A stretch of DNA of 63,873 nucleotides, counting the filler, from Octopus bimaculoides (lineage: Eukaryota): assembly GCF_001194135.2 (NCBI RefSeq). It is 5 parts of 5 records of this genome, joined end to end, with 100 filler letters (N's around TTAATTAATTAA, not from the genome) between each part and the next. Parts side by side here need not be neighbours in the genome. Positions count along the whole stretch, not along the records: positions 57,338 to 63,873 come from NC_069010.1; 4 more parts are not named here. One strand, 5' to 3'. The notes beneath the pieces are model-generated. The model did no database searches. It was not told the origin of the DNA and saw only the letters and a program-made list of their open reading frames with translations. A program made the position numbers and the translations under genes. Below, in pieces: positions 62,251-63,873 of this stretch; position 1 is the first letter of the stretch, and every line of letters begins with the position of its first letter.

Positions 62251-63644
62251 TTAGCTGCAAATTCTGCATTTGGTCTTAGGGTCTGTTTTCATTATTTTGC
62301 TTTTATAGTCGTTAGGAGTCAGACATTAGTCTTGAACTGCCAGAATCAGTCTTTCAGTTTCAGTTCCTACTCCCAAGCTTTTGACTCATTGTAGGCTTTT
62401 ATTTAGACTCTATCAGGCTACGAGTAAGTTTTCTCTCCATTTCTTCTTCAGCATGTTTNNNNNNNNNNNNNNNNNNNNNNNNNNNNNNNNNNNNNNNNNN
62501 NNNNNNNNNNNNNNNNNNNNNNNNNNNNNNNNNNNNNNNNNNNNNNNNNNNNNNNNNNNNNNNNNNNNNNNNNNNNNNNNNNNNNNNNNNNNNNNNNNNN
62601 NNNNNNNNNNNNNNNNNNNNNNNNNNNNNNNNNNNNNNNNNNNNNNNNNNNNNNNNNNNNNNNNNNNNNNNNNNNNNNNNNNNNNNNNNNNNNNNNNNNN
62701 NNNNNNNNNNNNNNNNNNNNNNNNNNNNNNNNNNNNNNNNNNNNNNNNNNNNNNNNNNNNNNNNNNNNNNNNNNNNNNNNNNNNNNNNNNNNNNNNNNNN
62801 NNNNNNNNNNNNNNNNNNNNNNNNNNNNNNNNNNNNNNNNNNNNNNNNNNNNNNNNNNNNNNNNNNNNNNNNNNNNNNNNNNNNNNNNNNNNNNNNNNNN
62901 NNNNNNNNACGCAACAACCAGCACAAGAAGTGCCACTGGGCCATTTATCGCATGCAGCGGTATTGTCTCTCATAGCTTGAACACATTTCCTGTATGTGCT
63001 GCAGGACTTTTCAGTTTTCAGTGTAACACCGTTCGTTGATAATGTGAACCGGCATACAGGCTGTAATAATAGATATGAAAATGATATACTACAACTACAA
63101 TATTTACAAGAACGACTAGTAACGGCTACGGCAACAACAACAGAAACAACAAATCTGGGGATGTTTACCGTGCAAGTAAGTTTAATCATTGCTTATGAAT
63201 TATCCAAAAACAGCAAATTAAACCGAAAACAACTCGTCAAGGTGTTGAAAGTTAACAGCATAATTAATCCTCCGTAAAATTTATTGCTATTTATCAATTA
63301 CAAATAATGTTTTGAATACTTACAGAATNNNNNNNNNNTTTATTGCTATTTATCAATTACAAATAATGTTTTGAATACTTACAGAATCAAAAGCTTTCTG
63401 ATCACATGTAGATGCGGCCTTCGAATCACTGTCTACACTAACACCACTTCACTCTGTCACTCACCATCAAACTTAAAATAGGTCAAATAATCCCAACAAA
63501 TATGTATCATTTCGCTAGAATTTCTTGTTAATCGTGGAATGCAGACGGTGAAATTTTCATGCAAAATTTACCAAAAATCACGTGTGTAAAACTGACCAAG
63601 TTGAGAAACTAATACACCACGAAGTTAGAAATAAAGATACCTTT

Positions 63645-63840
63645 TATCTTTTACCTGTTTCAATCATTAGATTGCAGACATGTTGAGATACAACCTTGAT
63701 TTTTTAGTAGAAATGAATCGACCCCGCTACTTATTGTTTTAAACCTGGTGCTTATTCTATCGATCTCTATAGCCGAGGACATAAACACACCAGCAGGGTT
63801 GTCAAGCGGTGATGGGGACAAACACAGACACAAAGACGCA
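63645..63840 (-). mobile_element. SINE family B 3' half
   Basis: Reverse complement of the family B tail (GATCGATAGAATAAGCACCAGG). Confidence 0.7.
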
Positions 63841-63873
63841 CACATTGATATATATATATATATATATATATAT

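Noticed and set aside
62996-63277. 93-aa ORF as a standalone gene
   Set aside because: It has a TTG start and no recognisable homology. Only the possible internal exon was kept, as a low-confidence finding.

Overview
Eukaryotic, microsatellite-dense draft genomic sequence, with roughly 9-10 kb (about 15%) in N gaps. The repeat families look like those of an Octopus assembly; this is inferred from recalled SINE and LINE families and was not checked. The only host gene I can support is a DENND5 (Rab6IP1/pinstripe-type) orthologue on the minus strand. Its first coding exon (52520-52427, [31 protein letters not shown], phase-1 GTAAGT donor) is too short for the ORF track. No next DENND5 exon was found, so 1-52426 is probably one very large intron. 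That intron contains several modular tRNA-derived SINE families, a cluster of R4/Dong-type LINE 3' ends sitting in (TAA)n arrays, and decayed CR1-like and Penelope-like pieces. At 27-29.4 kb it also holds a CpG-rich, promoter-like island with an RFX X-box and outward-facing splice donors on both strands. One candidate exon there (MKRT + phase-1 donor) could splice in frame to DENND5 exon 2. Upstream of the gene lie an RTE LINE fragment and a decayed Ty3/Gypsy LTR element. There are no prokaryotic systems, no CRISPR arrays and no intact RNA genes. Nearly all long ORF-track entries are artefacts of N gaps or microsatellites. I cannot claim a proven new system; the intronic promoter/alternative first exon and the TAA-nested retroelement cluster are the best leads.
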